Program-made: the position numbers and the translations under genes | IMG/VR virus record: IMGVR_UViG_3300043177_000122 | Coordinates: 40,464-104,463 of that record | Length of the DNA: 64,000 nt | Reading direction: 5' to 3' (one strand) | From: a virus | Notes under the pieces: model-generated | What the model saw: the letters and a program-made list of their open reading frames with translations, nothing else | What the model was told of the DNA's origin: nothing | Databases searched by the model: none | Shown: piece after piece, positions 9,233 to 17,930 of the stretch | How positions within the stretch are numbered: the first letter of the stretch is position 1 | How the letters are laid out: each line of letters begins with the position of its first letter

Positions 9233-9463
9233 ATGGCAGCTATGAGAGTAGCATTTCTGATGGAACATCAAGAGATTACTGACATGGTTGAGATGAAGGC
9301 AATGGCTTTATTGCCAGTAGTGGATAAAGATCGCCCAGAACCTCCAGTTATCAATACAGAATCAGATGATTATTTGGCAGGCGCGTCAGACGCTCTTATT
9401 AGTTTAGTTGCTTGTTTAAAACAAAAGGCAGCCGATGAAAAAGGATTTTACAATTCTTATTAA
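9233..9463 (+). CDS. hypothetical protein
   Basis: 76-aa ORF. Confidence 0.6.
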   Translation: MAAMRVAFLMEHQEITDMVEMKAMALLPVVDKDRPEPPVINTESDDYLAGASDALISLVACLKQKAADEKGFYNSY

Positions 9464-9731
9464 GGAATTACGTCTTGCATTGCAAGCTGAGTTTAAATCA
9501 ATTGTCTCTTCGGGATCTTCTATTGAAGAGGTAAGTCCCAAACTCTCGGAATTAGAAAATAAACAGGATACTATAATAAAAGAGGCAGGCTATGATCCAA
9601 TTGAATTTCTTCAATTAATGAAGGAATACTTTATGGATTTTTCATCACCCGATCCTAATGAATGGGTCATTAGACACGATCCAGAAAATGCGCAAATAAT
9701 TGCAAGTAATAACTTATCCTACAAACACTAA
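9435..9731 (+). CDS. hypothetical protein
   Basis: 98-aa ORF. Confidence 0.65.
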   Translation: MKKDFTILIKELRLALQAEFKSIVSSGSSIEEVSPKLSELENKQDTIIKEAGYDPIEFLQLMKEYFMDFSSPDPNEWVIRHDPENAQIIASNNLSYKH

Positions 9732-9764
9732 GCTATCAATAACGTGATATATAGATACACGTAT

Positions 9765-9839
9765 CTCGGCGTAGCAAATCGGATATGCGGCTGTTTCATA
9801 CGCAGCTTTGAGTGAGTTCGACTCTCACCGCCGAGACCA
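9765..9839 (+). tRNA. tRNA with CAT anticodon (elongator Met or Ile2)
   Basis: gctgt-ttCATac-gcagc; paired C1-G72 and no GGG/CCC anticodon stem, so not an initiator. Confidence 0.88.
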
Positions 9840-9841
9840 AA

Positions 9842-10240
9842 TTATCGCTGAGCGATTCCTGGTTGTGGTGTTTTGCCCGACCAATTCAAGGTGACTGTGC
9901 CCTCTGAAATTTGAGGGAAATCAGCAATGTGCCTGTCTAGGTATTTCTTGATCTGAGCTGGAAGCTTGGTATAATTTGTTGCGAATTGTGAAGGCTCAAC
10001 TGTTGGGTTAGATACTTCAACACTTTTCCCGCCCATCATTCCAGAAGAAATGGTAATAGTAAGACTTAAATCAGCCTGATCTTTTCTAAGCTGAGCAGGA
10101 AAGTTCATAATGCCATTAGCACTGGATTCTCCATAACTTGCAGCATTTTCAATGATTTGCTGAAGGGTTTGAGATTCTTGAGCGTATTTGTTTTGAAATT
10201 TATCTGCTAGTTTAAGCAGTAGGGCTTGAGACTTTTTCAT
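9842..10240 (-). CDS. hypothetical protein with shared N-terminal helix motif
   Basis: MKKSQALLLKLADKFQNKYAQ... Confidence 0.75.
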   Translation of the reverse strand: MKKSQALLLKLADKFQNKYAQESQTLQQIIENAASYGESSANGIMNFPAQLRKDQADLSLTITISSGMMGGKSVEVSNPTVEPSQFATNYTKLPAQIKKYLDRHIADFPQISEGTVTLNWSGKTPQPGIAQR

Positions 10241-10282
10241 AACAGATATACTACTTTAGTGGTATATAAGATACAAAAAAAT

Positions 10283-10357
10283 GGTCGATTAACTCAGCGG
10301 TAGAGTGACACGTTTACACCGTGTAAGTCGGGGGTTCGAATCCCTCATCGACTACCA
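10283..10357 (+). tRNA. tRNA-Val(TAC)
   Basis: acacg-ttTACac-cgtgt; CCA. Confidence 0.93.
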
Positions 10358-10360
10358 AAT

Positions 10361-10435
10361 TGGAGATTAGCTCAATGGTAGAGCGTCGGTTTTACACTCC
10401 GAAGATCTAGGGTTCGATTCCCTTATTTCCAACCA
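10361..10435 (+). tRNA. tRNA-Val(TAC), second copy
   Basis: tcggt-ttTACac-tccga (T-T at 31-39); CCA. Confidence 0.85.
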
Positions 10436-10438
10436 TAT

Positions 10439-10512
10439 AGGCGATTAGCTCAATGGCAGAGCATCTGCTTGACTCGCAGGATACACGGGTTCGATTCCCC
10501 TATCGCCTACCA
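10439..10512 (+). tRNA. tRNA-Val(GAC), atypical
   Basis: tctgc-ttGACtc-gcagg (pyrimidine at 37); C-C mismatch in T-stem. Confidence 0.75.
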
Positions 10513-10517
10513 CACAA

Positions 10518-10739
10518 ATGAGTAAGTTAAGCATTTTTGATGATGGCAAGAAGATTGCCCAGATTACACTGATTGATAACAAGAGTTTTCTCTTTGCTAA
10601 AACATCCAGACAATGGAGTGATATGAAGAGATTATTAGACGCTGCGGAGAAATTACATGAGGCCGACTCTATTATTGATGTATTAGAGAGTCTCGTGAAG
10701 ATGCTTCATAGCTTTGATTATAGTGCGGAGTTAACATAA
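10518..10739 (+). CDS. hypothetical protein
   Basis: 73-aa ORF. Confidence 0.65.
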   Translation: MSKLSIFDDGKKIAQITLIDNKSFLFAKTSRQWSDMKRLLDAAEKLHEADSIIDVLESLVKMLHSFDYSAELT

Positions 10740-10948
10740 ATAATCATCCCACATTTAATATTGGCTCAGCATATGATAAACTCTATGAAGCCAATGGTAA
10801 AAAAGAAGTTATGCTAACTGTCCAAGAAGCTGACGAACTTCTTGATTACCTTGAATACATAAGTTGGCTAATCAATCCTCCTGAAGGTATTGAATGGTAT
10901 GACTATTTACAGTTGAGGAAACATGAGTGGAACTGTAGAAAATTTTGA
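10736..10948 (+). pseudogene. hypothetical ORF with ATA in place of the start codon
   Basis: GGAG RBS then ATA-AAT-AAT-CAT..., a 70-codon open frame; fits an ATGA overlap mutated to ATAA. Confidence 0.45.
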
Positions 10949-11153
10949 TGGACTTTGTGGTATTATTGCTAACTTTGCACATTCTGGTAACCAATTGCGT
11001 TGCCACTATGAACTGGGACATCATGGCCCGTGTTCATTTGAGAAATATAAAGATCACTTCAGATGTCATGCTGGTTGTTTTTCAAGACCAGACCCTGAAC
11101 GTGGATTTATAGATTCTGTTTTATCTCATCAAGATAAGGAAAACAATGGTTGA
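10923..11153 (+). CDS. Cys/His-rich hypothetical protein
   Basis: 76-aa ORF with GAGGA RBS. Confidence 0.6.
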   Translation: MSGTVENFDGLCGIIANFAHSGNQLRCHYELGHHGPCSFEKYKDHFRCHAGCFSRPDPERGFIDSVLSHQDKENNG

Positions 11154-11436
11154 CGAAAATAAATTTTGGGACTTAGTTAGAAAGTGGGAATTTGATACCA
11201 AATATACTTCCTCAGCAGCTCAGGTCCTTGGCCATACATCTGTGGCCGCTTTAATTCAGATGGGGCCTGAAATTATTCCATTAGCACTAAAAGCTATGAA
11301 AGACAACTTCCATTTAGCATTTGTTTTACATAAGCTAACAGGAGATTGGCCAGTAAAGGACGAGCATAAAGGAAATGGACCAGCAATCATTGCCGCCTGG
11401 CGGAAATGGGCGCATCGACACGGCTACCAAGTCTAA
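11146..11436 (+). CDS. hypothetical protein
   Basis: 96-aa ORF with AAGGA RBS. Confidence 0.7.
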   Translation: MVDENKFWDLVRKWEFDTKYTSSAAQVLGHTSVAALIQMGPEIIPLALKAMKDNFHLAFVLHKLTGDWPVKDEHKGNGPAIIAAWRKWAHRHGYQV

Positions 11437-11593
11437 GATTCGTTTAGAAGATTATACATTAGGAATAAATTCTTGTAATGCTTGGAAGGATTATCATAAT
11501 CCTTATCCTAAAGAAACTGAAGAGTATGATGCTTTCTATACTGGATTTACAGATGCGCTAGATGATCTAGTGCATGCTTGGGGGCACTACTAG
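11375..11593 (+). CDS. hypothetical protein
   Basis: 72-aa ORF with AAGGA RBS. Confidence 0.55.
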   Translation: MDQQSLPPGGNGRIDTATKSKIRLEDYTLGINSCNAWKDYHNPYPKETEEYDAFYTGFTDALDDLVHAWGHY

Positions 11594-11606
11594 TTGCTGA
11601 AAAATA

Positions 11607-11642
11607 AAAACGCGAGGTATTTAACCTCGCGTTTTCGTTTTT
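11607..11642. terminator. bidirectional intrinsic terminator
   Basis: aaaacgcgaggt-attta-acctcgcgtttt between convergent genes, with A and T tails on both sides. Confidence 0.85.
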
Positions 11643-11662
11643 GATTCAGTTAAGAATGCTGA

Positions 11663-12592
11663 TTAGAGCAATGCCCAGTTAGTACCGTCCCAAGCATAGG
11701 TTCTTTCAGAGGCATGTAAGTCAGTTGCACTGAAGCCGCCGAATAGAATTACGCGACCACCATTTTGGGTATCCCAGCACATTTGCGCTCCAACCAATCC
11801 TGGAGGAGATACGGCTGGTGCAGCCTTGGTCCAGGTAGTACCATTAAACAGCCAAGTTTCTGGTAGGTAATCATAAGCATTCATACCACCAAATAAAACC
11901 CATTGGCTGTTGTCACGGTCAAATGCCATGCAAGCGCCGGTTCTAGCAGATGGAGATGCTGCTGGCCCTAATTTAGTCCAAGTAGTGCCGTTCCAGGTCC
12001 AAGTATCATTCAAACACTCACCTGCGGAGTTTGTACCACCGAATAGAAGAGTTACAGCAGCAGAGGAGTCCATTACGTGCCCAACTCTTGCAGATGGAGT
12101 AGAAGATGGGTTCATCTTAGTCCAGGTCTGAACATAACCGTCCCAAACCCAAGTTTCACTAAGTAGTTTGCTGTTACCACCGTAACCACCAAACATAACT
12201 ACATTAGTAGAAGATGTAGTAGAGCGGCATGCCTTAGCAGAGTGACGGCCAAATGGCGGATTGACTGGAGATTTTCTAACCCAAGTAGCACCGCCCCAAG
12301 TCCAGGTATCATCTAAGCCATTACCATTAAGTCCAGAGGAGTCTTGTCCTCCGAACAACATTACATTATAACCATCATAAGCCATACACTGATTGAGACG
12401 GCCTGGTAATGGGCCGTTGGCATCGAATAAAGAAGTTCCAACGTTGGTCCAGTCAGTACCGTTCCAGGTCCATGTCTGGTTGCCAAATTCTGAGACGCCA
12501 GGGTAAGCGCCAGCATCTAGTAGAACTACTTCACTTGAGCCACGTTGTACCATAGCTGAATTTGCGCAACGAAGTGGAGTTGTAGTTGTCAT
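11663..12592 (-). CDS. Kelch-like beta-propeller repeat protein
   Basis: Repeated LFGG...DTWTW.G..W units. Confidence 0.85.
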   Translation of the reverse strand: MTTTTPLRCANSAMVQRGSSEVVLLDAGAYPGVSEFGNQTWTWNGTDWTNVGTSLFDANGPLPGRLNQCMAYDGYNVMLFGGQDSSGLNGNGLDDTWTWGGATWVRKSPVNPPFGRHSAKACRSTTSSTNVVMFGGYGGNSKLLSETWVWDGYVQTWTKMNPSSTPSARVGHVMDSSAAVTLLFGGTNSAGECLNDTWTWNGTTWTKLGPAASPSARTGACMAFDRDNSQWVLFGGMNAYDYLPETWLFNGTTWTKAAPAVSPPGLVGAQMCWDTQNGGRVILFGGFSATDLHASERTYAWDGTNWALL

Positions 12593-12686
12593 ATTATCCT
12601 CTTTAAGTGAATCAAAAACTTAAAAGCCTATTTGTATGGCATATAAGTGATAGAATAATTTTAGCTAATTTTTAACATTTTTAGAC

Positions 12687-12715
12687 TTGACAAGTTTATT
12701 TAGTCGACTTAAGAT
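12687..12715 (+). promoter_or_regulatory. sigma70-like promoter
   Basis: TTGACA-17nt-TAAGAT upstream of the tRNA-Gly cluster. Confidence 0.6.
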
Positions 12716-12750
12716 ATTTTAGGCATAAGGTGATATAATTATTACCGTAA

Positions 12751-12825
12751 GCGGAAGTAGCTCAATGGTAGAGTCCCTGCCTTCCAAGCAGGCTGTTGTG
12801 AGTTCGAATCTCATCTTCCGCTCCA
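12751..12825 (+). tRNA. tRNA-Gly(TCC)
   Basis: cctgc-ctTCCaa-gcagg; GCG 5' end, U73-CCA. Confidence 0.95.
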
Positions 12826-12835
12826 GAGTAAGTAA

Positions 12836-13525
12836 ATGTCTTATGATTATTCTCTGGTTTTAAAGTCTCTTAATGAGAATCCAAAAATTGGGTATTATAT
12901 ACTTGGCGTATTTATTACTGATGGTTCTGTCCGATTTAAAACAGAACATGAAGCAACTGAGTGTGCTCTTTTTTCTAGAGATGGCGATTGGATCCAACTT
13001 ATTAGTGATACTTTAGGTGGCGCTACGAAGGTCATACCAAAAGATAATGGATACAGAATTAGATTTTGGAATAAAGAAATTTTTGATTGGTTTGTAGGGC
13101 GTGGTTGTTTACCAAACAAATCTTTGAATGCTGAGTTTCCTAAAATTCCAGATCAATATCTTCCAGACTTTCTTAGGGGATGTATTGATGGTGATGGATC
13201 TATAACATATACGAGTTATAAAAAGAATGGGAGATCATATCCTAAAGTAAACACTTACTTATGTGGCAGCTCAATTTCTTTTCTAAAAGAGTTTGAAATT
13301 ATCCTTAGAGCTAGGGGTATTAATTGTTCCTTTATAGAAAAGAAAAATAAAGCGTCTCATGCAATTCAATATAAACACCCCCATTATCGTGTTGTAATGA
13401 ACGACTCTAGAGCTTGTAAGTTTTTAGAGTGGATTTATTACCCCAACCACAAACTTTCTATGCCCCGCAAAAGGGAGCTGGTAGCAAAAATATTAGGTGA
13501 TAACTTGTTTAAAAACAAGGCATAA
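12836..13525 (+). mobile_element. free-standing LAGLIDADG homing endonuclease gene
   Basis: Two motifs YILGVFITDGSV and FLRGCIDGDGSI; lies between two tRNA-Gly genes. Confidence 0.9.
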
Positions 13526-13548
13526 TGTTATATGTTTAATGAGATTAA

Positions 13549-13623
13549 GCGGATATAATTCAGTGGTAGAATGTCTGCTTGCCAAGCAGAATGTCGAGGG
13601 TTCGAGCCCCTCTATCCGCTCCA
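13549..13623 (+). tRNA. tRNA-Gly(GCC)
   Basis: tctgc-ttGCCaa-gcaga; U73-CCA. Confidence 0.95.
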
Positions 13624-13746
13624 AGACGAATGTAGATAGGATTACATGGTTAATGCGGCGGGTTTTACCTGCTTAGCTAAAGATGGTTCGAGCCCATCGA
13701 ATAGTTCGAAAGGACTATATAAAAATCTTATCGCCCCTTGTCGTCT
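13624..13746 (+). ncRNA. Y-RNA-like (YrlA-type) structured ncRNA candidate
   Basis: Terminal stem agacga/tcgtct, internal loop, stem gataggatt/aatcttatc enclosing a tRNA-like T-arm (gatgg-ttcgagc-ccatc) and two more hairpins; no CCA end. Confidence 0.65.
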
Positions 13747-13750
13747 ATAA

Positions 13751-13825
13751 GCGGCCATCTTCTAATGGTCAAGAATTCTGGTCGCCATCCAGAGAATGTC
13801 GGTTTGATTCCGACTACCCGCTCCA
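13751..13825 (+). pseudogene. degenerate tRNA-Gly(GCC)
   Basis: Cloverleaf with two acceptor mismatches, C at position 33 and TTT instead of TTC in the T-loop; CCA retained. Confidence 0.7.
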
Positions 13826-13847
13826 CTAATTTTAATTTGGGATTACA

Positions 13848-14171
13848 GTGATTGAGATATGTAAGTTTTGCGGTAACGCTTTAACTAGCGATCATGAATT
13901 AGGATCTTTATTTAGATCAAAATGGACATGCGACAAGTGCAAACAATATTCAGTTGTTTGTCTGGGTAATGGATCTATAGAAACAGAAACAGAAACATTA
14001 CGTTCTGGAAATTTTTATATTGTTTATATACCTGCATATAAAACTGCTAGCATTGTATCTACCCAGGATACAGATAAGAAAATTCTAAAGTCTTTTGACA
14101 TGGACGAGTTTACCCCAGAGCAAGCCGCTCATTGGGCAAAGAAACTTAAAACATACGTTTTGTTTCAGTAA
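13848..14171 (+). CDS. Zn-ribbon hypothetical protein (C-terminal KLKTYVLFQ tag)
   Basis: CKFC...CDKC. Confidence 0.7.
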   Translation: MIEICKFCGNALTSDHELGSLFRSKWTCDKCKQYSVVCLGNGSIETETETLRSGNFYIVYIPAYKTASIVSTQDTDKKILKSFDMDEFTPEQAAHWAKKLKTYVLFQ

Positions 14172-14240
14172 CGTTTATGTGAAAAGATATATTAGTGGAG
14201 CAAGAGAATTACGTCCGATTTTGTAAAAATATGGACCGGC

Positions 14241-14268
14241 TTGACTCTCAATCTCTAGGATTTACATT
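14241..14268 (+). promoter_or_regulatory. sigma70-like promoter
   Basis: TTGACT-16nt-TACATT upstream of tsf. Confidence 0.6.
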
Positions 14269-14289
14269 GCTATAGACAAGGAATATACT

Positions 14290-15192
14290 ATGAGTAATAC
14301 AGAGCTAATTAGAGAGCTAAGAGCATTGACGTCAGCAGGGATGAAAGACTGTAAGGATGCACTTGAAGAATCCAATTGGGATTTGCAAAAGGCTGTTGAT
14401 ATTGTTAAGGTGAAGGGCCTCAATATTGCTGACGGTCGTACTGGACGTGTAGCCTCTGAGGGGCGTGTTGGTACTGCTGATACCCAAGATGATAAGCTTT
14501 ATGTAATGGCCGAAGTTAATTGTCAAACGGATTTCGTAGCTAACAGCAAAGAGTTCAGGAGTTTTACTATTCAAGTTTTATCTTCTATTATGGAGTCTCA
14601 TTTGACTGGTCAGACATGGTCAGTTGATAAAGTGGAAGAACTTCGAAAAGAAATTGTATCAAAAACCAAAGAGAATGTTGTTATTCGTAGATGGTGGATT
14701 GAGGAATCTCAGTCGCCACTTGTTCGAGTTTTCTCGTACAGGCATTCTACTAGTAAAATTGCTGTATTGGTTACACTTGTGGCCCCAAATGAAGCTGCTG
14801 CTGACTCCGCGGAGTTTAAGACTCTCGGAGAGGAGCTGGCAATGCAAATTGCTGCTATGAATCCAGTTGCAGTTGATGCCGAACGCATTCCACAAGACGA
14901 GAAGGATCGTCAAAAGGCAATTTTTGAGATGCAACTCAAAGAGGAAAATAAGCCAGAGAAAATGTGGGAAAAGATTATGGAAGGCAAGTTCCGTAAGTGG
15001 AACACAGAAGTTTGTTTGCTTGAGCAGGAGTCGGTAGTTATACCCAAGACGACTGTAAGACAAGTGATTAAGAATGTTGGAACTAAGTTGGGTGGAGAAA
15101 TTCAAGTTGTGAATTTTGTTCGCTGCCAAGTTGGTGAAGGTATTGAAAAGAAACAAGACAACCTCGCTGAGGAAGTTTCTAAAATGATGTAA
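14290..15192 (+). CDS. tsf: translation elongation factor Ts
   Basis: LR..T.AGMKDCKDAL, EVNCQTDFVA, LAMQIAAMNP, KPEKMWEKI.EGK, GEGIEKK. Confidence 0.97.
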   Translation: MSNTELIRELRALTSAGMKDCKDALEESNWDLQKAVDIVKVKGLNIADGRTGRVASEGRVGTADTQDDKLYVMAEVNCQTDFVANSKEFRSFTIQVLSSIMESHLTGQTWSVDKVEELRKEIVSKTKENVVIRRWWIEESQSPLVRVFSYRHSTSKIAVLVTLVAPNEAAADSAEFKTLGEELAMQIAAMNPVAVDAERIPQDEKDRQKAIFEMQLKEENKPEKMWEKIMEGKFRKWNTEVCLLEQESVVIPKTTVRQVIKNVGTKLGGEIQVVNFVRCQVGEGIEKKQDNLAEEVSKMM

Positions 15193-15267
15193 AGGTACCA
15201 ATGACGAAACTGGATAAAGAAGCGGCAACTATTCAACGATTGATTGATAATGGTAAGTTACTTGAAA

Positions 15268-15317
15268 AAAGATTTGCCCCTGTTAATTCTTGAAAGATTT
15301 GCCCCTGTTAATTCTTG
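15268..15317 (+). repeat. perfect 25-nt tandem duplication disrupting a small ORF (starts 15201)
   Basis: aaagatttgcccctgttaattcttg x2. Confidence 0.9.
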
Positions 15318-15380
15318 AGGGTCTTGCTTTAGAAACGGTTGCTCATTGGCACAAGATATATAAACGGAAGGAAAAATAAG

Positions 15381-15671
15381 ATGACTAGTGATGTAACTCA
15401 ATTAATTGACAAGCTAACTAATGCTGTGTCTTTCAAATATGCTGAGGATGCTACTTCTCCAAATGTTACCATCTCTAAGTTGCGTAAAGGATACTACTGT
15501 TCAGTAGTTCGTTATGCTAAGAGTGGTGCAACGCAGAAGAAGGTTGTTGTTTGTAATTCTAAAGCAGACAACTTGGAAGATGCAGTAAAGGGCGTAGTTA
15601 CTGCTTTCTTGAAAGTAGCTCAGCCACAACTAGATCCTCTCCATGAATTGGATAAGTTAGCTAATGGATAA
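15381..15671 (+). CDS. hypothetical protein
   Basis: ORF with AAGGA RBS. Confidence 0.7.
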   Translation: MTSDVTQLIDKLTNAVSFKYAEDATSPNVTISKLRKGYYCSVVRYAKSGATQKKVVVCNSKADNLEDAVKGVVTAFLKVAQPQLDPLHELDKLANG

Positions 15672-15999
15672 ATCAAGCACTTTAGAAGAGTGCATGATAG
15701 CGCTCAATAAACTTCTTCACCCAGAGGACCAGGTGGAGCTTTTGAAGATGTCGAAAGATGATCTTATATCGCTTCATCATGGCCTTGGTCAGTGGATTAG
15801 AAATAATTGTGGCCTTTGGGAAGAATTGGATTTATTCCATCACATGAAATCTCTGGGATTCGTTCATCAAGACGATATGTCTCAAGCCATCATTGTTGAG
15901 TATTGGAATAGATTACATAACCAACCTTCTCAGTTAGAAGAAGATATTACTCATAGTAAAGCGTACTGGGAGGAACATGGATCGAAAGACTCTGCTTAA
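15664..15999 (+). CDS. conserved hypothetical protein (DUF6794-like)
   Basis: HHGLGQWIRNN.GLW...H.DDMS. Confidence 0.6.
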   Translation: MDKSSTLEECMIALNKLLHPEDQVELLKMSKDDLISLHHGLGQWIRNNCGLWEELDLFHHMKSLGFVHQDDMSQAIIVEYWNRLHNQPSQLEEDITHSKAYWEEHGSKDSA

Positions 16000-16339
16000 G
16001 GAAATGAAAGAATCGGTTGGAACACAAGAGCCAGTTGTTTTCTTTGCAAAAATGGTTGATGTATTAAATCTTTTGTTTGACCGCATCGACTCTTTAGAAC
16101 AAGATGTCGCTGAAACCAAAATGAATGCCGCTCTTGCTATTCATTGGGAACCGAAAGTTGCTCGATCAATGATTACAGAACAAATTGATATACTTCGAGC
16201 TGATAAAGAGTCTTATGTAGAAGAGATCTCTGCTTTGAAAAAAGCTTTTATTGAAGATAAGGTCACACAAAACTACAGTGAATTCTGTTCCTTCTGGGAG
16301 GGAACTCTAGGCTTCCATCCATTTTTGGATTACAGATGA
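15977..16339 (+). CDS. hypothetical protein
   Basis: 120-aa ORF with GGAGG RBS. Confidence 0.75.
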   Translation: MDRKTLLKEMKESVGTQEPVVFFAKMVDVLNLLFDRIDSLEQDVAETKMNAALAIHWEPKVARSMITEQIDILRADKESYVEEISALKKAFIEDKVTQNYSEFCSFWEGTLGFHPFLDYR

Positions 16340-16539
16340 AAAATACTATTGATGCATTTCACGATCTTATTGTTCATCTTCTCTTCTCTGACCGATGGAG
16401 AAATAAAGGACCAGGTAAGGTTGTAGAAAGTATGCCAGCGGAAGATCGTGAGGCCCTTTCTCAACTCAAATCTGATGATATTTCTCCTGAAAAAGCAAGA
16501 GTCGAAGACTATTGGATGATATTGCAAACGATTTTGTAG
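16336..16539 (+). CDS. hypothetical protein
   Basis: 67-aa ORF with ATGA overlap. Confidence 0.55.
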   Translation: MKNTIDAFHDLIVHLLFSDRWRNKGPGKVVESMPAEDREALSQLKSDDISPEKARVEDYWMILQTIL

Positions 16540-16630
16540 AAGTAGACAAACGCCAGTGGGCCAGCCCTTCAAAAAAAAAGATTGGTAAAAGAAAACTAGC
16601 GTTAGCAGGGTATATGTTAGACGAAACCAT

Positions 16631-16704
16631 TCAGGGCTCGTCTAACGGCAGGATAGAGGACTCCGACTCTTCAGATATTGGTTCGAATCCAATGCCCTGA
16701 ACCA
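16631..16704 (+). tRNA. tRNA with CCG (Arg) anticodon on a Gln-like body
   Basis: gagga-ctCCGac-tcttc; U1-A72; no A20; A73-CCA. Confidence 0.8.
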
Positions 16705-17109
16705 ATGCTATCAAGTATTAAGTTTGATTTTCAGGCTGATAGTGCTGAAGACTTTGAAATATTCAAAGTTTTATTCATAAGAAATGCCGGCATTGCTCAG
16801 ATGATATACGATTTTTATCTGGGTGACGTGTTAATACGTTTGCAGTGCTCATCGATTAACGATTATCAGTTAGTTGGTATTGGATTTTTTCATTACTCCA
16901 AACAGGGAAACAGCGTTTCATTAGAACAATTTAATCCTCTTCAAGATATCAGGTTTACTAATTTTAATGAAATCAAACGCTTATGGTATATTACCGAAGC
17001 GTGGGCTTTCTTAAGTTACAGTCCTGAAAATGCCGAATCATCATTTAGTATGATTCATGACGTACTAAAAATAGTCGCTAGAATCAATAATTTGAAAGCT
17101 TTTTTGTAA
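16705..17109 (+). CDS. hypothetical protein (C-terminal NLKAFL tag)
   Basis: ORF starting immediately after the tRNA CCA. Confidence 0.7.
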   Translation: MLSSIKFDFQADSAEDFEIFKVLFIRNAGIAQMIYDFYLGDVLIRLQCSSINDYQLVGIGFFHYSKQGNSVSLEQFNPLQDIRFTNFNEIKRLWYITEAWAFLSYSPENAESSFSMIHDVLKIVARINNLKAFL

Positions 17110-17110
17110 T

Positions 17111-17512
17111 ATGAAGTCAATTGGTAAACTGGTATACGATCCAAGAACGCATTTAGCCTCTTCGGATCGCTGGCTAGTATTGATGTGTGATGACGAGATT
17201 TCACACTATTATCGTCATCTGTATACCAAGGAATATCCATATCTGAATGGTGAGAAAACTGGCAAGTTAACTCGTCCAGTGTGGGGTACACATATTTCAA
17301 TCATTCGTGGAGAATATATTCCAAAATACAAATTGTGGGGTCTTAATGCTAACAAATTAGTTGAATTCACTTATGAACCAGGTGTCATAGATAATGGTGA
17401 GTATTACTGGCTAAAAGTTGTTTGTCCAGAACTTCAAGACTTGCGGGAGAAATATGGACTGCCTCGCGAACCTCGATTCGGCCTGCACTTAACTATTGGA
17501 AGAACTACATAA
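17111..17512 (+). CDS. putative 2H phosphoesterase-fold protein
   Basis: Two Hx(S/T)-hydrophobic motifs: HISI and HLTI. Confidence 0.6.
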   Translation: MKSIGKLVYDPRTHLASSDRWLVLMCDDEISHYYRHLYTKEYPYLNGEKTGKLTRPVWGTHISIIRGEYIPKYKLWGLNANKLVEFTYEPGVIDNGEYYWLKVVCPELQDLREKYGLPREPRFGLHLTIGRTT

Positions 17513-17582
17513 TGACCAAGAAAGAAATTATTGCTGTCATTATATTAGTTTCAGCCATCATATATCTTATATTGGAGAACTA

Positions 17583-17930
17583 ATGGGGACATTTACCGTT
17601 CAATGTTGGGGGTGTGATTTATCAGAAACACACCCCTGGAATGGACCAGGACCAGAGCACGATGCTATGGTTGAAGAGATGAAGTCGAGAGGCTGGAAGC
17701 GTAGATCATTCTATGAATCAAGTTGGGATGAAGGCCCCTGGTTTTGTAGTGATGATTGCGCATACAGTTCGTACAATGCAGTTCAAGCAGAACAATACTG
17801 GAGAGATGAAGAATTTAGGGATTTTTGTCAGAAAACAAAGATTCCATTCTATATGTGGGTGCCTCTACTACTTGCTAGCATTCTTGCTTTCGGCGCAATA
17901 TTAGGAGAGTGCTTCCATGCAGGATTATAA
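17583..17930 (+). CDS. hypothetical membrane-anchored protein
   Basis: GGAG RBS; CxxC; C-terminal hydrophobic helix. Confidence 0.65.
   Translation: MGTFTVQCWGCDLSETHPWNGPGPEHDAMVEEMKSRGWKRRSFYESSWDEGPWFCSDDCAYSSYNAVQAEQYWRDEEFRDFCQKTKIPFYMWVPLLLASILAFGAILGECFHAGL

Noticed and set aside
12825..13549. Group I intron carrying the LAGLIDADG gene within a tRNA
   Set aside because: Both flanking tRNA-Gly genes are complete and there is almost no non-coding space for an intron core.
15268..15317. CRISPR-like repeat
   Set aside because: Two directly adjacent copies, no spacer and no cas genes; it is a simple tandem duplication.
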